From positions 56,048,001 through 56,112,000 of the forward strand of contig OX597818.1 of assembly GCA_951406725.2 (NCBI GenBank): DNA of 64,000 nucleotides. The letters are read 5' to 3'. The notes beneath the pieces are model-generated. The model saw only the letters and a list, made by a program, of their open reading frames with translations, made no database searches and had not been told where the DNA came from. The position numbers and the translations under genes are program-made. Below are positions 42,698-56,224 of the stretch, piece after piece. Numbering within the stretch: the first letter of the stretch is position 1; each line of letters starts with the position of its first letter. The stretch comes from Octopus vulgaris. Taxonomy: Eukaryota.

Positions 42698-42876
42698 ATT
42701 GTGTCTGGGAAGAGTAATTGTCTTTTAGTGCCTTATTACTTAACACACACACCGGTTCGATTTCCACTCGTTTACTTCGAAAAACCAAATAAGTAAATGG
42801 GTGGAAATAGAACCGGTGTGTGTGAGTGTGTTAAATAATAAGGCATTTAAAGAGAAGGACTCTCCCCAGACACAAT
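42698..42876. repeat. Imperfect ~80-bp-arm inverted repeat
   Basis: ATTGTGTCTGGG...GTGCCTTATT...ACCGGTTC.ATTTCCAC pairs with GTGGAAAT.GAACCGGT...AATAAGGCA...CCCAGACACAAT. Confidence 0.85.
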
Positions 42877-42966
42877 AAAATATGCTTCAACACACGAATT
42901 CACGCAAAGAATCATACAAACCAATTACAAAAACGATATATATATATATATATACTTATATATATG

Positions 42967-43045
<79 letters not shown>

Positions 43046-43610
43046 ATGTATGTATGTATGTATATATATGTATGTATGTATATATATGTATATATATGTA
43101 TGTATGTATATATATGTATATATATATGTATGTATGTATATATATGTATATATATGTATGTATGTATATATATGCATATATATGTATGTATGTTTATATA
43201 TATATGCATACATGCGTATATATATATACACACATACATATGTATATATATGATATATATGCATAGGATCAAGGCCACGTTTGGTGATGCAAGCAGGAAA
43301 ATAGAAGTCAAATTATGAGTATATGCATAATTTTATTAATATTTGGAAGAAACAACGGAGTGACTCGAGGTCCGAGAGTTTCGTGCGTTGACACTAATCG
43401 AACTTTGATACATGTGTGTGTGTGTGTGTAACAACATACATATATACACATACATACACACGCACACACGCAACGCGGGTACAGCTGCACACGGGTAATG
43501 TATAATATATATATTTATATATATATATATTATTTATATTATTATATGATCGACCCACGCATCCCTTTCCTAGTAAGTTTTATGTATGTATGTATATATG
43601 TATGTATCTA

Positions 43611-43677
<67 letters not shown>

Positions 43678-43836
43678 TTATATATATATATACATATATA
43701 TTATATATGTATATACATATATATATATTATTATATATATACATATATATATACATATATATATACATATATATATATATACATATACATATATATATAT
43801 ACATACATATATATATATAGATATATATATATATAC

Positions 43837-43871
<35 letters not shown>

Positions 43872-43909
43872 CATATATGTCTGTTTATATATATGTACAT
43901 ATATATATA

Positions 43910-43964
<55 letters not shown>

Positions 43965-44479
43965 TATATATATAGATATATAGATAGGTAGATATATATA
44001 TATATGTGTGTGTGTATATACGTATGTATGTATGTATGTATATACGTATGTATGTATATATATATATATATACGTATGTATGTATGTATATACATACATA
44101 TTTTCCTCCTCATATCCATAAGTTTATATTTTTTATTAGTTATTTCCTTCAGCCGACACCGCCCCCTCTATTCATAACCACCACCACCACCACCATCACC
44201 ATTACCACTACACTTTACAACGCCACATCCCAGCCCTCTCACACCCTCCCCTTCCTCCATTGCTTGTGTGTCGCCTCCTTCTTCACTTCCTCACTCCTCC
44301 TCACGCCTCCTCTCGCTCTTGCTTTTTACTCCTCCCCTCTCACTGTTTCTATTCCCCTCCCACTTATACGCAATCTCTTACCATTTCTCCATCATCGCTC
44401 ACTTCTGCTGTTATTATGTTACATGCTCTCTTACTCTCCCCCTCCTCATACTTCATACATGCCCCATCTCTCTCTCCCC

Positions 44480-44569
<90 letters not shown>

Positions 44570-44933
44570 GTCTCTTCCTCTCTCTTCCATTGTATCTCTC
44601 CTACACACACACATACACACACACACTCGGGCGTATACACTCATACACGGGTTATCAGCTTACATTACGATTGCAACACCTATCCGATATGTGTGAGTGT
44701 GTGCGCGCACGTGTGTGTGTGTGAGTGTGTGTATGTGTGTGTGTATACATACATATATATGTTTGTTTGTGTGTGTGTGTGTATCTATATATATATATAT
44801 ATATATATATGTCTGTGTATATACATATATACATACATATATTTATATATATGTATATATATATCTGCATATATATATGTGTGTGTGAGTGTGTGTGAGT
44901 GTGTGTGTATACATATATATATATGTGTGTATG

Positions 44934-44970
<37 letters not shown>

Positions 44971-45825
44971 ACATATATATATGTGTGTATGTATATATAT
45001 GTGTGTGAGTATATTTATAAATATATATATATACATACATATATATTTACATACACACACACGTGTGTTCGTTTGTATGTGTGTGTGTATGTGTGAGTGT
45101 GTGTGTGTGTGTGATATAAGCCATAAACTGACAGGAATAAAGGGCGTGGTATAAAGGTGTGTAAGTCGCTGTCAATCATTATACAGCCACGCCCTCTGCT
45201 TCCGGTAGCGGCGCGTGGCATGTTACACTGAAGAACATCTCCGACAGCTTAACTTTATCTATATTTGTATATGATATATAGTGATATAGGGCGAGCTGTG
45301 TCGATGTATGAATGTATGTATATTTGCGTACGTGGATATATGTATTAAAGAACGCACGTATGTATAGGATATGTACATATACATGTACGTGCCTGGATAC
45401 ATATGTATGTATGTATGCATGTATGTATGTATGTATGCATGTATGAATGCATGTATGTATGTATGTATGAATGTATGTATGAATGTATGTATGTATGCAT
45501 GCATGCATGTATGTATGTATGTATGTATGTATGTGTGTATGTATGTTTGTATGAATGTATGTATGAATGTATGTATGTATGTATGTATGTATGTATGTAT
45601 GTATGTATGTATGTATGTATGTATGTATGTATGTGTGTATGTATGTATGTATGCATGTATCTAAGTATAAATATATATATGCTGCTAAACAAGAACTCAT
45701 CTACACATGCATTCATGACGATAAATGTATTTAGGAAGCATGCGCGTCTTTGTATATGTATAGATGTAGGTATAAATATCTGCGTGTATGTATGTGTATA
45801 TATATATATATATATATACATATGA

Positions 45826-46060
45826 TTAGTAAATTCACGAAACCGGTATATTTTTGAATCTCTTTAATTAACAATAATGACTTTTATTACTCTTATTCCT
45901 ACCTCAGTTCATCTAATTGTATATATCTATCGTCACTTTTGATAAAAAAAAACCCTTTGCATTTTTTTTTATTTCCAATGTGCATTTTCGCTTATTTTTC
46001 TTCTTACTTTCCCTTAACATTTCCACGTGTAGTTTCTATTTTCTTTTTGTAACATATTTC

Positions 46061-46119
<59 letters not shown>

Positions 46120-46315
46120 GATGTGTATTCAAAGCAATAATTAGTAATTTCACGGAACCGGTATGCTTTTAAATCTCTTTAACAATTCACAATAATGACT
46201 TTTATTACTTTTATTCCTACCTCAGTTCTTCTAATTGTATATATCTATCGTTACCCCTTGCATTTCCACGTGTAGTTTCTATTTTCTTTTTGTAACGTAT
46301 TTCTATTATATATAA
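45826..46315. repeat. Diverged local duplication (45826-46068 and 46140-46315)
   Basis: ATTAGTAA.TTCACG.AACCGGTAT...CCTACCTCAGTTC...CATTTCCACGTGTAGTTTC shared; second copy has an internal deletion. Confidence 0.85.
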
Positions 46316-47215
46316 AATATATATATAATACGTTTATATATTTGTTGTGCAAGATTTTTATTGGCTAAACTGGCAAAATGACCATTCCGAAATATAACAA
46401 TATATATATATAATATTAAATATAAACGCAAACGCATAGACATGTGTGTGTATACATATATTTGTAAGCAAATGTATGTATGTATTTATACATATTTATG
46501 TGTGTGTATAAAACTTACAAAAGTGTATAATGTATAAACAAGCAACATGGCGTATACTGAATGTAAAAACGAACAGGGGACAAACAGAAGATCCGTAATT
46601 CCTCATCGGTTATCGACCAGTTGGTGATATTTAGTTTCGCACATTTGAAGATAAATCTGAGTGCTTCTCAATTGGCGGCGCGACATATATACACACAAAC
46701 ACGCACATATGCATATATAAATACATACATACATTCATACATACATACTTGAAAAAGTTGAAAAGGCAGAAACCGGTACTATCCGTTACAAAATGTATTT
46801 CATTTCAACTTTGTGCTATTTTCCTTATATATAACTCGTGTGTCACTATCAACATTCTACACACATGCATGCATACATACATACATACATACATCCATAC
46901 ATACATACATACATACATACATACATACATCAACACATATACTTACATGCATACATACACACAGCACACTTTGAAAGCTATGCGTTTTCAATCCAGGAAG
47001 AGGAGATTGCCACAAAGTACTTGGTGAACAAGAGAGGCAGTGACGTTCTTGTAATCCCAAAGTTCAACCGTATGTGTAGGCTATGTCAGGTTTCTGTTGA
47101 AGACATTCATGATGCTTCGACCAAACTATGGTTGATCGGAACTCCATTGATAATCCCTTTCTACACTACACGGTCCTGCATTGCTGTGTTCAGACCTTTA
47201 ATATCCCGCCCTGAA

Positions 47216-47453
47216 GGCGGCGAGCTAGCAGAAACGTTAGCACGCCGGGCGAAATGCTTAGCGGTATTTCGTCTGCCGTTACGTTCTGAGTTCAAATTCC
47301 GCCGAGGTCGACTTTGCCTTTCATCCTTTCGGGGTCGATACATTAAGTACCAGTTACGCACTGGGGTCGATGTAATCGACTTAATGCCTTTGTCTGTCCT
47401 TGTTTGTCCCATCTGTGTTTAGCCTCCTGTGGGCAGTAAAGAAATAAAGAAAT
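47216..47453 (+). mobile_element. SINE family B nested in the RTE relic
   Basis: Full copy; TSD AATATCC.GCCCTGA. Confidence 0.9.
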
Positions 47454-48030
47454 AAATATCCAGCCCTGAGTCGTGAGATATGGTATCAGGAAATGTCAGT
47501 TTCTTGGAGAAAACACTTCCAGGGGGATGCCATAGGAACAAGGATGAAATAACCTTGATCTCTAGCTGATGTTCTGTATCTCTCTGAGCAGGTTTGTATA
47601 TGTTCCATCTAGTTGTTTTTCTAAAAGATACGATAAAGTCCAGGTCTCTGATCCATAGAGAAGGACCGGCTCAATCAGTGTTCTAAATGTTTTAACTTTT
47701 AACATGGGTGGAAGGTTTCAGTACCAGATCTTAACAAATCTGTTACATGCCTCCCAAGCAAGAGCTTTGGAGATGCGAAAGTCCTTTTGGGAGTCTACTG
47801 TTTGTGATCCGAGATATTTGAAGTCGTCAACGTTTTTGATTGATATATTATTGAGCGATTTAAGTTCAGTTAACTTGGAGGAGGTCGTGATAAACTCTGT
47901 CTTACTCTCGTTGCAGTAAAGGCCGACCTGGTTTGCTGCTTTCTCCAGTGCTTCTAACAAAGATTCTGCATATTCAATACAATGGGACAACAAGGCAAGA
48001 TTGTCAGCAAAGTTAAGATCCTCCATACCC

Positions 48031-48261
48031 ATTTCTTTACTACCCACAAGGGGCTAAACATAGAGGGGACAAACAAGGACAGACAAACGGATTATGTCGG
48101 TTACATCGACCCCCAGTGCGTAACTGGTACTTTATTTATCGACCCCGAATGGATGAAAGACAAAGTCGACCTCGGCGGAATTTGAACTCAGAAAGTAACG
48201 GCAGACGAAATACTGCAAAACATTTCGCCCGGTGTGCTAACGTTTCCGCCAGCTTGCCGCC
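48031..48261 (-). mobile_element. SINE family B nested in the RTE relic
   Basis: Full copy; 17-bp TSD TTAAGATCCTCCATACC. Confidence 0.9.
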
Positions 48262-49234
48262 TTAAGATCCTCCATACCGTCTGGGGAAATGCGTAAAACA
48301 CAGTAGAGAACAAGGATGAACAAGAAAGGAGCGAGTGTGTCACGCTGCATAACACCTGCTTCACCTGTATGTGATTAGCAGCTGTCCTAAAATGTCGTCA
48401 CGGTAATACCTCTCTATGTGGCAAGATGTTGTTGCTAAAACAATTTACAATGATATCCGCAAGAAAGACTGTCCTGAAATATACTTAGAAGATCTCTCTG
48501 TTATGGTATACATTCATAAACACCCACTCAAGAAATACTGCCGGAATATTCCCATCAAAATCTCTGTCAAGTGTAAACATAACAGGCCGTATACTGTCGT
48601 TTGGGACTGAGGAGCAAAGTATACATACCCATACCATCATAGAGGTTAGCTGCCCTGTAGATATAAATATCTCTTTGAAAACCAAAGAAAAAGAGGATAT
48701 CAACGGACAACTGCTTCGAAGCCTCCAGCTTCTATATCCATACTATGAGTTCCTATCCATACCAATAATAATTGGAGCGTTAGGTTTTGTTTAAAGGAAA
48801 ATCTGAATAAACTGGGATTTTCAGAAAGAGAAATCGACCGGCTGATTCGTACATTACAAGAGCAATCTAAGAGTGGAATAGCGGTTCGGCAATAATAATC
48901 GATAGAATAAATACTAGGCTTAAAATAAAAAATAAATAGTGGGGTCGATTCATTAAGTCAAAAATGTGGCATGGCCACATTCTAATGACGGAAACAAGTA
49001 AAAGATCAACGATAAAAATAAGATACCATAGTAGGCATGCGCGCGCCTGCGTGGATGATGTCGTATAACGGGTGTTTAAAACCAGTGCACGTAAATATCG
49101 GGGTGTATGGAAGCTTATTCATAACAGGTACATAGCTACTAAGAAACGTACCTACCTATACATACATACATACATACATACATACATACATACATACATA
49201 CATACATACCTACCTACATACATACATACATACA

Positions 49235-49268
<34 letters not shown>

Positions 49269-49328
49269 CACACAGAAGTAGACAGACATGTATATATAAA
49301 GAGAGAGCGAGAGAGAGAGACATATATA

Positions 49329-49885
49329 TTGGGTTATGCCACAAATAACGCGGTTCTTTTATACTTCTTTTATTTTTCAAAATTAAGATAAACAAAGTTC
49401 CTTTTTAATCTAAAATATACTCTCCTTCATTTTCTACAATACTCTTCCAACTATCTGGTAGACTTGCAAGCCCCCTCTTTTAAAATTCACTCGTCCATGA
49501 TGAAGAATACTCCTCCAGTAACTGTTCTGACCTCGTCTACAGAATTTATATTTTTTCCGTTCAAATGATTTTGAAGACTGTGGAATAAATGATAATCAGA
49601 TGGGGCAATGTCCGGTGAATATGATGGGTAAGTCATCGTTTCCCATTTAAACTGCTCCAGCTTTTGGAATGTTATCCTCGCTTCCTGATGGAAGAACTCC
49701 TTTCGTCTTGAAAGCGAAGATGGTCCGTTTTCTTCTAGGGCAGATTTAAGTCGTCCAAGCTGCTCGCAGCAGATCTCCTTTGTTATCGTTTCGATTGGGT
49801 TTAAAATTTCAAAGTGGACTAAAACTTTCATATCCCACCAAACAGATAACAACACCTTACGTGGGTGAAGACCTTCTTTAGCCAA
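49329..49885 (-). mobile_element. mariner 3' half (mellifera-like)
   Basis: LHPRKVLLSVWWD and YSPDIAPSDYHLF motifs; terminal TTGGGTTATGCCACAAATAAC beside TA. Confidence 0.85.
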
Positions 49886-49991
49886 GTTGCGCATGCGCAG
49901 GATGAAAAAGAAATGACTGAGGAAAGACTAACTGTTAAATTCATGAAATCTGACAACCTCGTTTAGTAAGGTATCAGATTTCACTCCTTAA

Positions 49992-50718
49992 ATGTATGTA
50001 TGAATGCATGCATGCGTGCGTGCGTGCGTGCGTGTGTGTGTGTATGCATGCATGCATGTATGTATGTATGTATGTATGTATGTTTGTGTGTGTGTGTATG
50101 TGTGTATGTATGTATGTGTGTGTGTATGTATGCATGTGTGTATGTGTGTATGTATGTATGTGTGTATGTATGTATGTGTGTGTATGTATGTGTGTATGTG
50201 TGTATGTATGTATGTGTGTATGTATGTATGTGTGTGTGTATGTATGTGTGTGTGTATGTATGTATGTATGTATGTATGTATGTATGCATGCATGTATGTG
50301 TATGTATGTATGTATGTATGTATGTGTGTATGTATGTATGTGTGTATGTATGTATGTATGTATGTATGTATGTATGTATGTATGTATGTATGTATGTATG
50401 TATGTATGTATGTATGTATGTATGTATGTATGTGTGTATGTGTGTATGTATGTATGTGTGTATGTATGTATGTGTGTGTGTATGTATGTGTGTGTGTATG
50501 TATGTATGTATGTATGTATGCATGCATGTATGTGTATGTATGTATGTATGTATGTATGTGTGTATGTATGTGTGTGTGTATGTATGTATGTATGTATGTA
50601 TGTATGTGTGTATGTATGTGTGTATGTATGCATGCATGTATGTATGTATGTATGTATGCATGCATGTATGTATGTATGTATGTATGTATGTATGTATGTA
50701 TGTATGTATGTATGTATG
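49992..50718. repeat. (TATG/TG)n microsatellite
   Basis: Directly visible; runs up to the assembly gap. Confidence 0.97.
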
Positions 50719-50730
50719 CCTCGACACTCT

Positions 50731-50830
50731 NNNNNNNNNNNNNNNNNNNNNNNNNNNNNNNNNNNNNNNNNNNNNNNNNNNNNNNNNNNNNNNNNNNNNN
50801 NNNNNNNNNNNNNNNNNNNNNNNNNNNNNN
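50731..50830. other. Assembly gap (100 N)
   Basis: Run of N; 100 is a common placeholder for unknown gap size. Confidence 1.
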
Positions 50831-51308
50831 ATTTCCGACAAAGTTACAAGTCCACTGGGCATGTACTATAGATGTTAAGTTCTCTTGTTTCTTTCATGGC
50901 TTTTAGGTTGGGGTTTTTAATTTTTTTTTTTTTCCAATGTATCAAAAGTATAAAATATATTAACTCCGACATAATTCCATACAAAATAGTACATAATTAT
51001 GTACTAACTCCGACATAAACAGTAGTAAGTTGGAGTTAACAGCAATTAAAAGCAATTGCGGTATAAGGCTGTTCATGGAATTCTATTATATCAATTAATA
51101 AGTTACTGACTTTGGTATCTACATGAAAATACAGCTACTATTTAATATTGCATTCTTTCTGAATTGATTAAATAGTAAATGTCTTATTCGGAACATTTGT
51201 ACTAAATATATTTTTATGTTCTTCAAACAGGGTAGATCTTATCTCTCACACTTACCCTACAATATCATTTTAAAATTAAACAATTACATCATCAAAATCT
51301 AAAAGTTA

Positions 51309-52568
51309 TTAGGTTGTTCTGAAAATAATGGCCGCTCTAAGTGTTGTGTTTTGAAGCTGCTAATTTTATCATAGTATTTTAGTTATATTTTAGGTGAATT
51401 TCGCTATACTTAATAATTTATGTATACTCTTTAATAATTTTCTACTTATTTCAAAGAGAATGCATTCTTGAAGCATAGGCGCCCTTAATTATGAACATGA
51501 CAAGAAAGGAACTTTGCTTACTTTTCTTGCATGAGTTCAAACTTGGGCACAATGCCTCCCAAACTGCTGCCAATATCAAAAGAGCATGGAGAGAGGGGTC
51601 CACAAGTGACTGCACAGTAAGAAGGTGGTTTCAGAAATTCCATAGTGGTGATGAGAGCCTTGAAGATGAAGAAGGTTGAGGATGGTCATGCAGTCTTGAC
51701 AATGTACAATTGAAAGCAATTTTTGAGCAAAACCTGCATCAGAGTGTCAGCGAAATGTCTCAGGCACTTGGTATTGCAATGGTCTCACACAATCTGCAGA
51801 AGATTGGTATGGTGAAAAAGCTCGATAAATGGGTACCACATGAGCTCAATGAAAATTGAAAAGTTTGGAGTTTTGAAGTGTGCTCAGTGCTCTTTCTACA
51901 AAACATCAATGATCCTTTTCTTGACCAAATAGTCACTTGTGATGAAAATTGGATCTTTTATGATAACCGTAAATGATCAAGTCAATAGTTTGATCATGAT
52001 GAGTCCCCCAAATATTTCCCAAAGCCAAAGTTGCATCAGCAAAAGATTATGGTGACTGGCTGGTGGTCTGCAATTGAAGTTGTCCATTACAGCTTTCTGG
52101 AAGCCAATCAGAGCATTACAGCAGAGGTTTACTGCAATCAACTTGCTGAAATGCATGCTCACTTGCAAAAAAATGAGACCTGCATTGGTGAATCGGCATG
52201 GCCCAATTCTGCTCCATGATAATGCAAAGCCACATGTTGCAAGAATGACTCTGCAGAAACTCAGACTTGGGATACAAGACTTTTACCACATCCTCCATAT
52301 TCTCCTGATCTTTCACCCACTGACTACCATTTTTTAAGTGATAAAACTTTCGGGTCTAAACCAGAGGTGGAATCAGCTTTCAAAGATTTCTTAGCATCAA
52401 AACCAATAAGTTTTTTATCAATGAGGCATAAATAATCTCATTGATCGATGGCAGAGATGCAGAGATGTTCACAGCTCATACTTTGACCAATCAAAACATT
52501 CCTATTGTCAATTTTTCCAGAATAAAATTATGTTTCTGAAATTGGCCATTATTTTCTGAACAACCTAA
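51309..52568 (+). mobile_element. Full-length defective mariner (cecropia/Hsmar1-like)
   Basis: TIRs TTAGGTTGTTC.GAAAATAATGGCC at both ends, TA TSD, ~1.26 kb; transposase from 51491 with WVPHEL, TCDENW, HDNAKPH and YSPDLSPTDY; stops and frameshifts. Confidence 0.93.
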
Positions 52569-52775
52569 TACAAGATAATGCATGATTAATTCAAAACATT
52601 GTAAATGAAAAAGCATTATATATGACAGATTTATTTGAATGCTAAAGGGTTAAACCTGTTGGCACTGTGAAATTTATACTAGTATCAATTGAATCAACTA
52701 CATCTTTTTCCTTATTTGTGGTCATATGCCAATGTTAGAAATCAATATTTTAGAAAAATTATCCTGAGATATATG

Positions 52776-53368
52776 CTTGAGAAGACCCGTCAAGCCAAGC
52801 GAAATTGTAGTCAAGGCTGATGTTGGTATCATACAACTGGCACCCACACTGGTGGCATATAAATAGCACCATTAGAGCATTAGGCCTCACAGAGGGAAAG
52901 TAGCTGAGTTCCTTTCAAGCATTGGGCCTCCTGGAGACAAAGTGTCTGGGCTCCTTTTCGAGTGTTGGGCTTCCCGGAGGCAAAGTGGCTGAGTCCCTTT
53001 CAAGCACTGGACCTCACAGAGGCAGAGTTGCTGAGTTCCTTTTGAGTGTTGGGCCTCACAGAGGCTGAGTTCCTTACAAGTGTTGAGCCTCACAGAAGCA
53101 ATGACCGCGACCTTTGGCATTTTCTCGCGCTTGAGAAGAAGACCCATCAGCGCTGAGCAAAATCACAGTCATGACAGATACAAGTGTCACTTAAATGACG
53201 CATAAAAGCACCCATTACATTCTCAGAGTGGTTGGCATTAGGCAAGGCATCCAGCTATAGAAAACCATGCCAAATCAGACAGGAACTTGGTGAAGCCTTC
53301 CAGCTTACCAGTCCTGTTCAAATCCGTCCAACCCATGCCAGCATGGACAACAGACATTAAATGATGAT
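52776..53368 (+). mobile_element. RTE-related SINE family D with internal ~42-bp minisatellite
   Basis: GTGGTTGGCATTAGG.AAGGCATCCAGC...CCAACCCATGCCAGCATGG...(GAT)n tail; 5-6 tandem GGCCTCACAGAGG...CTGAGTTCCTT units at ~52880-53100. Confidence 0.7.
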
Positions 53369-53388
53369 TATATATATATATATATAAA

Positions 53389-53788
53389 GGCGCGGGAGGC
53401 CAGTGGCAAGTAGCTTGTTTACCAACCACACGGTTCCGGGTTCAGTTCCCACTGCGTGGCACCTTGGGCAAGTGTCTTCTACTATAGCCTCGGGCCGACC
53501 AAAGCCTTGTGAGTGGATTTGGTAGACGGAAACTGAAAGAAGCCCGTCGTATATATGTATATATATATATGCGTCTGTGTGTTTGTGTGTCTGTGTTTGT
53601 CCCCCTACCATTGCTTGACAACCGATGCTGGTGTGTTTATGTCCCTGTTACTTAGCGGTTCGGCAAAAGTGACCGATAGAATAAGTACTGGGCTTACAAA
53701 AGAATAAGTCCCGGGGTCGAGTTGCTCGATTAAAGGCGGTGTCTATAGCATGGCCGCAGTCAAATGACTGAAACAAGTAAAAGAGTAA

Positions 53789-53790
<2 letters not shown>
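53389..53790 (+). mobile_element. SINE family A
   Basis: Full match. Confidence 0.9.
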
Positions 53791-53870
<80 letters not shown>

Positions 53871-54026
53871 ATGTGCAACAGCATATGTAAACAAACTGTT
53901 TTTAGAAGCATCAAATTTGTATTGTATCATACAATCTAGAAAGTCATATTTCAAACTCAGTATAGCTATAAAAACAGCAAAAAGATTAAGTATTTTGCCT
54001 TATATGGTGTGTGTGTGTGTGTGTAT

Positions 54027-54291
54027 TGTGATTGACCAGACTATGGGATATTATAGATCACTGGTCACAATGCGTTTTTGCATCGTTTTAGCTTTCAAAG
54101 GATGCCACCCCAATGGCTAGGTGCGTTGGCCAACATTTCCCTTGACTGGAAATCCAGTCTGTCACAAGGTTAACCATTTACAGCTGAGTGGAAAGAAGTG
54201 TTTTGCTCAAGAACACAATGCATGGCTCTCCAGTCTGGGGAATCGAACTCACAATCTAGCAATCACGAGTGCAACACCCCAACCAGTTGGC

Positions 54292-54295
<4 letters not shown>
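54027..54295 (-). mobile_element. tRNA-head SINE with different body and RTE-type tail
   Basis: B-box GAGTTCGATTCCC on minus strand; tail CATTGTGACCAG...CTGGTCAATCAC shared with 54325-54400. Confidence 0.6.
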
Positions 54296-54324
<29 letters not shown>

Positions 54325-54326
<2 letters not shown>

Positions 54327-54628
54327 CACCGTGACTGACCAGGCTATCAGATGTTGTTACACATCGCTGGTCACAATGCGCTTCGCATTGTTTTAGCCTT
54401 TCAAATGACGCTCACCCTGCTGGCTAAGCGAGCAGGCCAACAGAAGAAAGAGTGAGAGAAAGTTGTGGCGAAAGAGCACAGCAGGGATCGCCACCACTCC
54501 CTGCTGGAGCCTTGTGGAGCTTTAGGTGTTTTCGCTCAATAAACACTCACAACGCCTGGTCTGGGAATCGAAACCGCGATCCTCCAACCACGAGTCCACT
54601 GCCCTAACCACTAGGCCATTGCACCTCC
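54325..54628 (-). mobile_element. SINE family C (tail type 3, RTE-derived)
   Basis: Family C head and body; tail TGTGACCAGCGATGT...CTGGTCAGTCACGGTGAT. Confidence 0.8.
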
Positions 54629-55349
54629 CCCACACACACACACACACATATATATACATAAGCCTTGTTATTGCTCTTATCTAATGAAATGTACCAATCA
54701 CATGTACTCAGCAGAGTTGGTGTAATTCAACATCTATTTTTCAGGGCTCTGCAATATAGAATCTTTCTCATCTTCATCCTATAAAGTCTCATCTGAGAGG
54801 CTGAAACTTCTAAGACTTAATCTAAATTCATTATACTTAATGTACCTGTACTCAATGTACCCTTCGTAACCAATTCACAGCATGTATCACCCAGTTGTAT
54901 GTATTAATATGATTTTAGCCCTTCCCTCTTCATGGCTTAAACAACCCTTAAAAGAGCTATCCATTCGCACCCATTTTTCTTTTGCACTACAAAATGTGGA
55001 AGGGATCCAATGACTTTTTCTTGTGATCAACAAATGCAAAGTAGATCCTTTTTGATATTATTTCTCTCTCTCTCTCTCTCTCACTCTCACTCACACACAC
55101 ACACACAAGAATTGGCAGAAGTGTTGTTAGAGCACAGTGTCAGAACAAATGTCATGAAGTAGTTTGTCCAACGCCCTAAGTTCGAATCTCACAGACCTTT
55201 GCCTTCCATCTTTTAGGGGCCAATGAATAAAGTACCACTTTAATACCAGAATCACTTCTTTCCTTCTCTCTTGTTTCTCTCTCTCTCTCTCTCTCTCTTT
55301 TTCACTGGAAGATTTTATTTGTATGTGTGTGTGTGCATGTACATATAGG

Positions 55350-55785
55350 TACAGGCATGGTTGTGTGGTTGAAAAGGTTTTGTAACCGTAGTGTCTTCTA
55401 CTATAGCCCAAGGTTGACCAAAGCTTTGTGAGTGGATTTGGTTGACAGAAACTGGAAGAAGGTTGTCGTGTGTGTGTGTGTAGGTGCATGCATTGTTGGT
55501 CTTTTACTATAAGTCTCGGGCTGACAAAAACCTTGTTACTGGATTTGATCAATAGAAACTGTATGTATATGTTTGTGTATCTGTGTTTGTCCCCGCACCA
55601 TCGCTTAACAACTGATGTTGGTGTGTTTATGTCCCCATAAATCAGTGGTTCGACAAAAAAGACCGATAGAATAAGTACTAGGCTTACAAAGAATAAGTCC
55701 TGGGGTCAATTTACTTGGCTAAAAAGGCGGTGCTCCAGCATGGCCACAGTCAAATGACTGAAACAAGCAAAAGAATAGAAAGAAT
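55350..55785 (+). mobile_element. SINE family A, older and rearranged
   Basis: Diverged head, duplicated middle, recognisable tail. Confidence 0.8.
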
Positions 55786-56224
55786 AGGCCATGTAAACCA
55801 CCCCATGAACTTGTTTATGCAAAACTGAAAGGTTTTAAGCTACAGGCCTGCCAAAGTAATTCGGGTAACGGAAGATAGTAAACATAATGTCCGCTTTTTG
55901 GGGGGGGGGTGCATCATCGCAAAGAATATTATTGTCGTTTAGGGTCAGTCCTAATGAAGCATTTGACTTATGCCCAAAGATATTCCAGTTATGACCTCTT
56001 CATTTATCTTCCAACCTTATGATGGAAATATGATGTATATATCTGACATGTGACCTTACTTTTTGAAGATGGTAAGGTGTGGTCGTTTACCATTTCTAGC
56101 AAATGGAGAAATTACATAGAACCTCCCCTTGTTGGTTTGAAAGCAAAATGTCTCTGTTATACTTGTTGGTTTATATTTATAACAATTTTCCCCCTAAAAA
56201 ATCATGGTGTGTGTGTGTGTATAT

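Larger units (their letters stand above)
47111..48365 (-). mobile_element. RTE-clade reverse transcriptase relic
   Basis: GVMQRDTLAPFLF, DLNFADNLALL, FKYLGS and LLYGSETW motifs on the minus strand. Confidence 0.85.
46968..48880 (+). mobile_element. R4/Dong-like LINE relic split by an RTE insertion
   Basis: 46968-47110 AFSIQEEEIATK...CRLCQVSVEDIH continues at ~48368 VISSCPKM...NRP..VVWD...IIEVSCP...IPIIIGALG. Confidence 0.8.

Noticed and set aside
49887-49900. NRF1-like TGCGCATGCGCA palindrome
   Set aside because: It lies at a mariner relic junction with no other promoter evidence.
52880-53100. Repeat array superficially like CRISPR
   Set aside because: Units are contiguous diverged tandem repeats without unique spacers, in a eukaryotic context with no cas genes.
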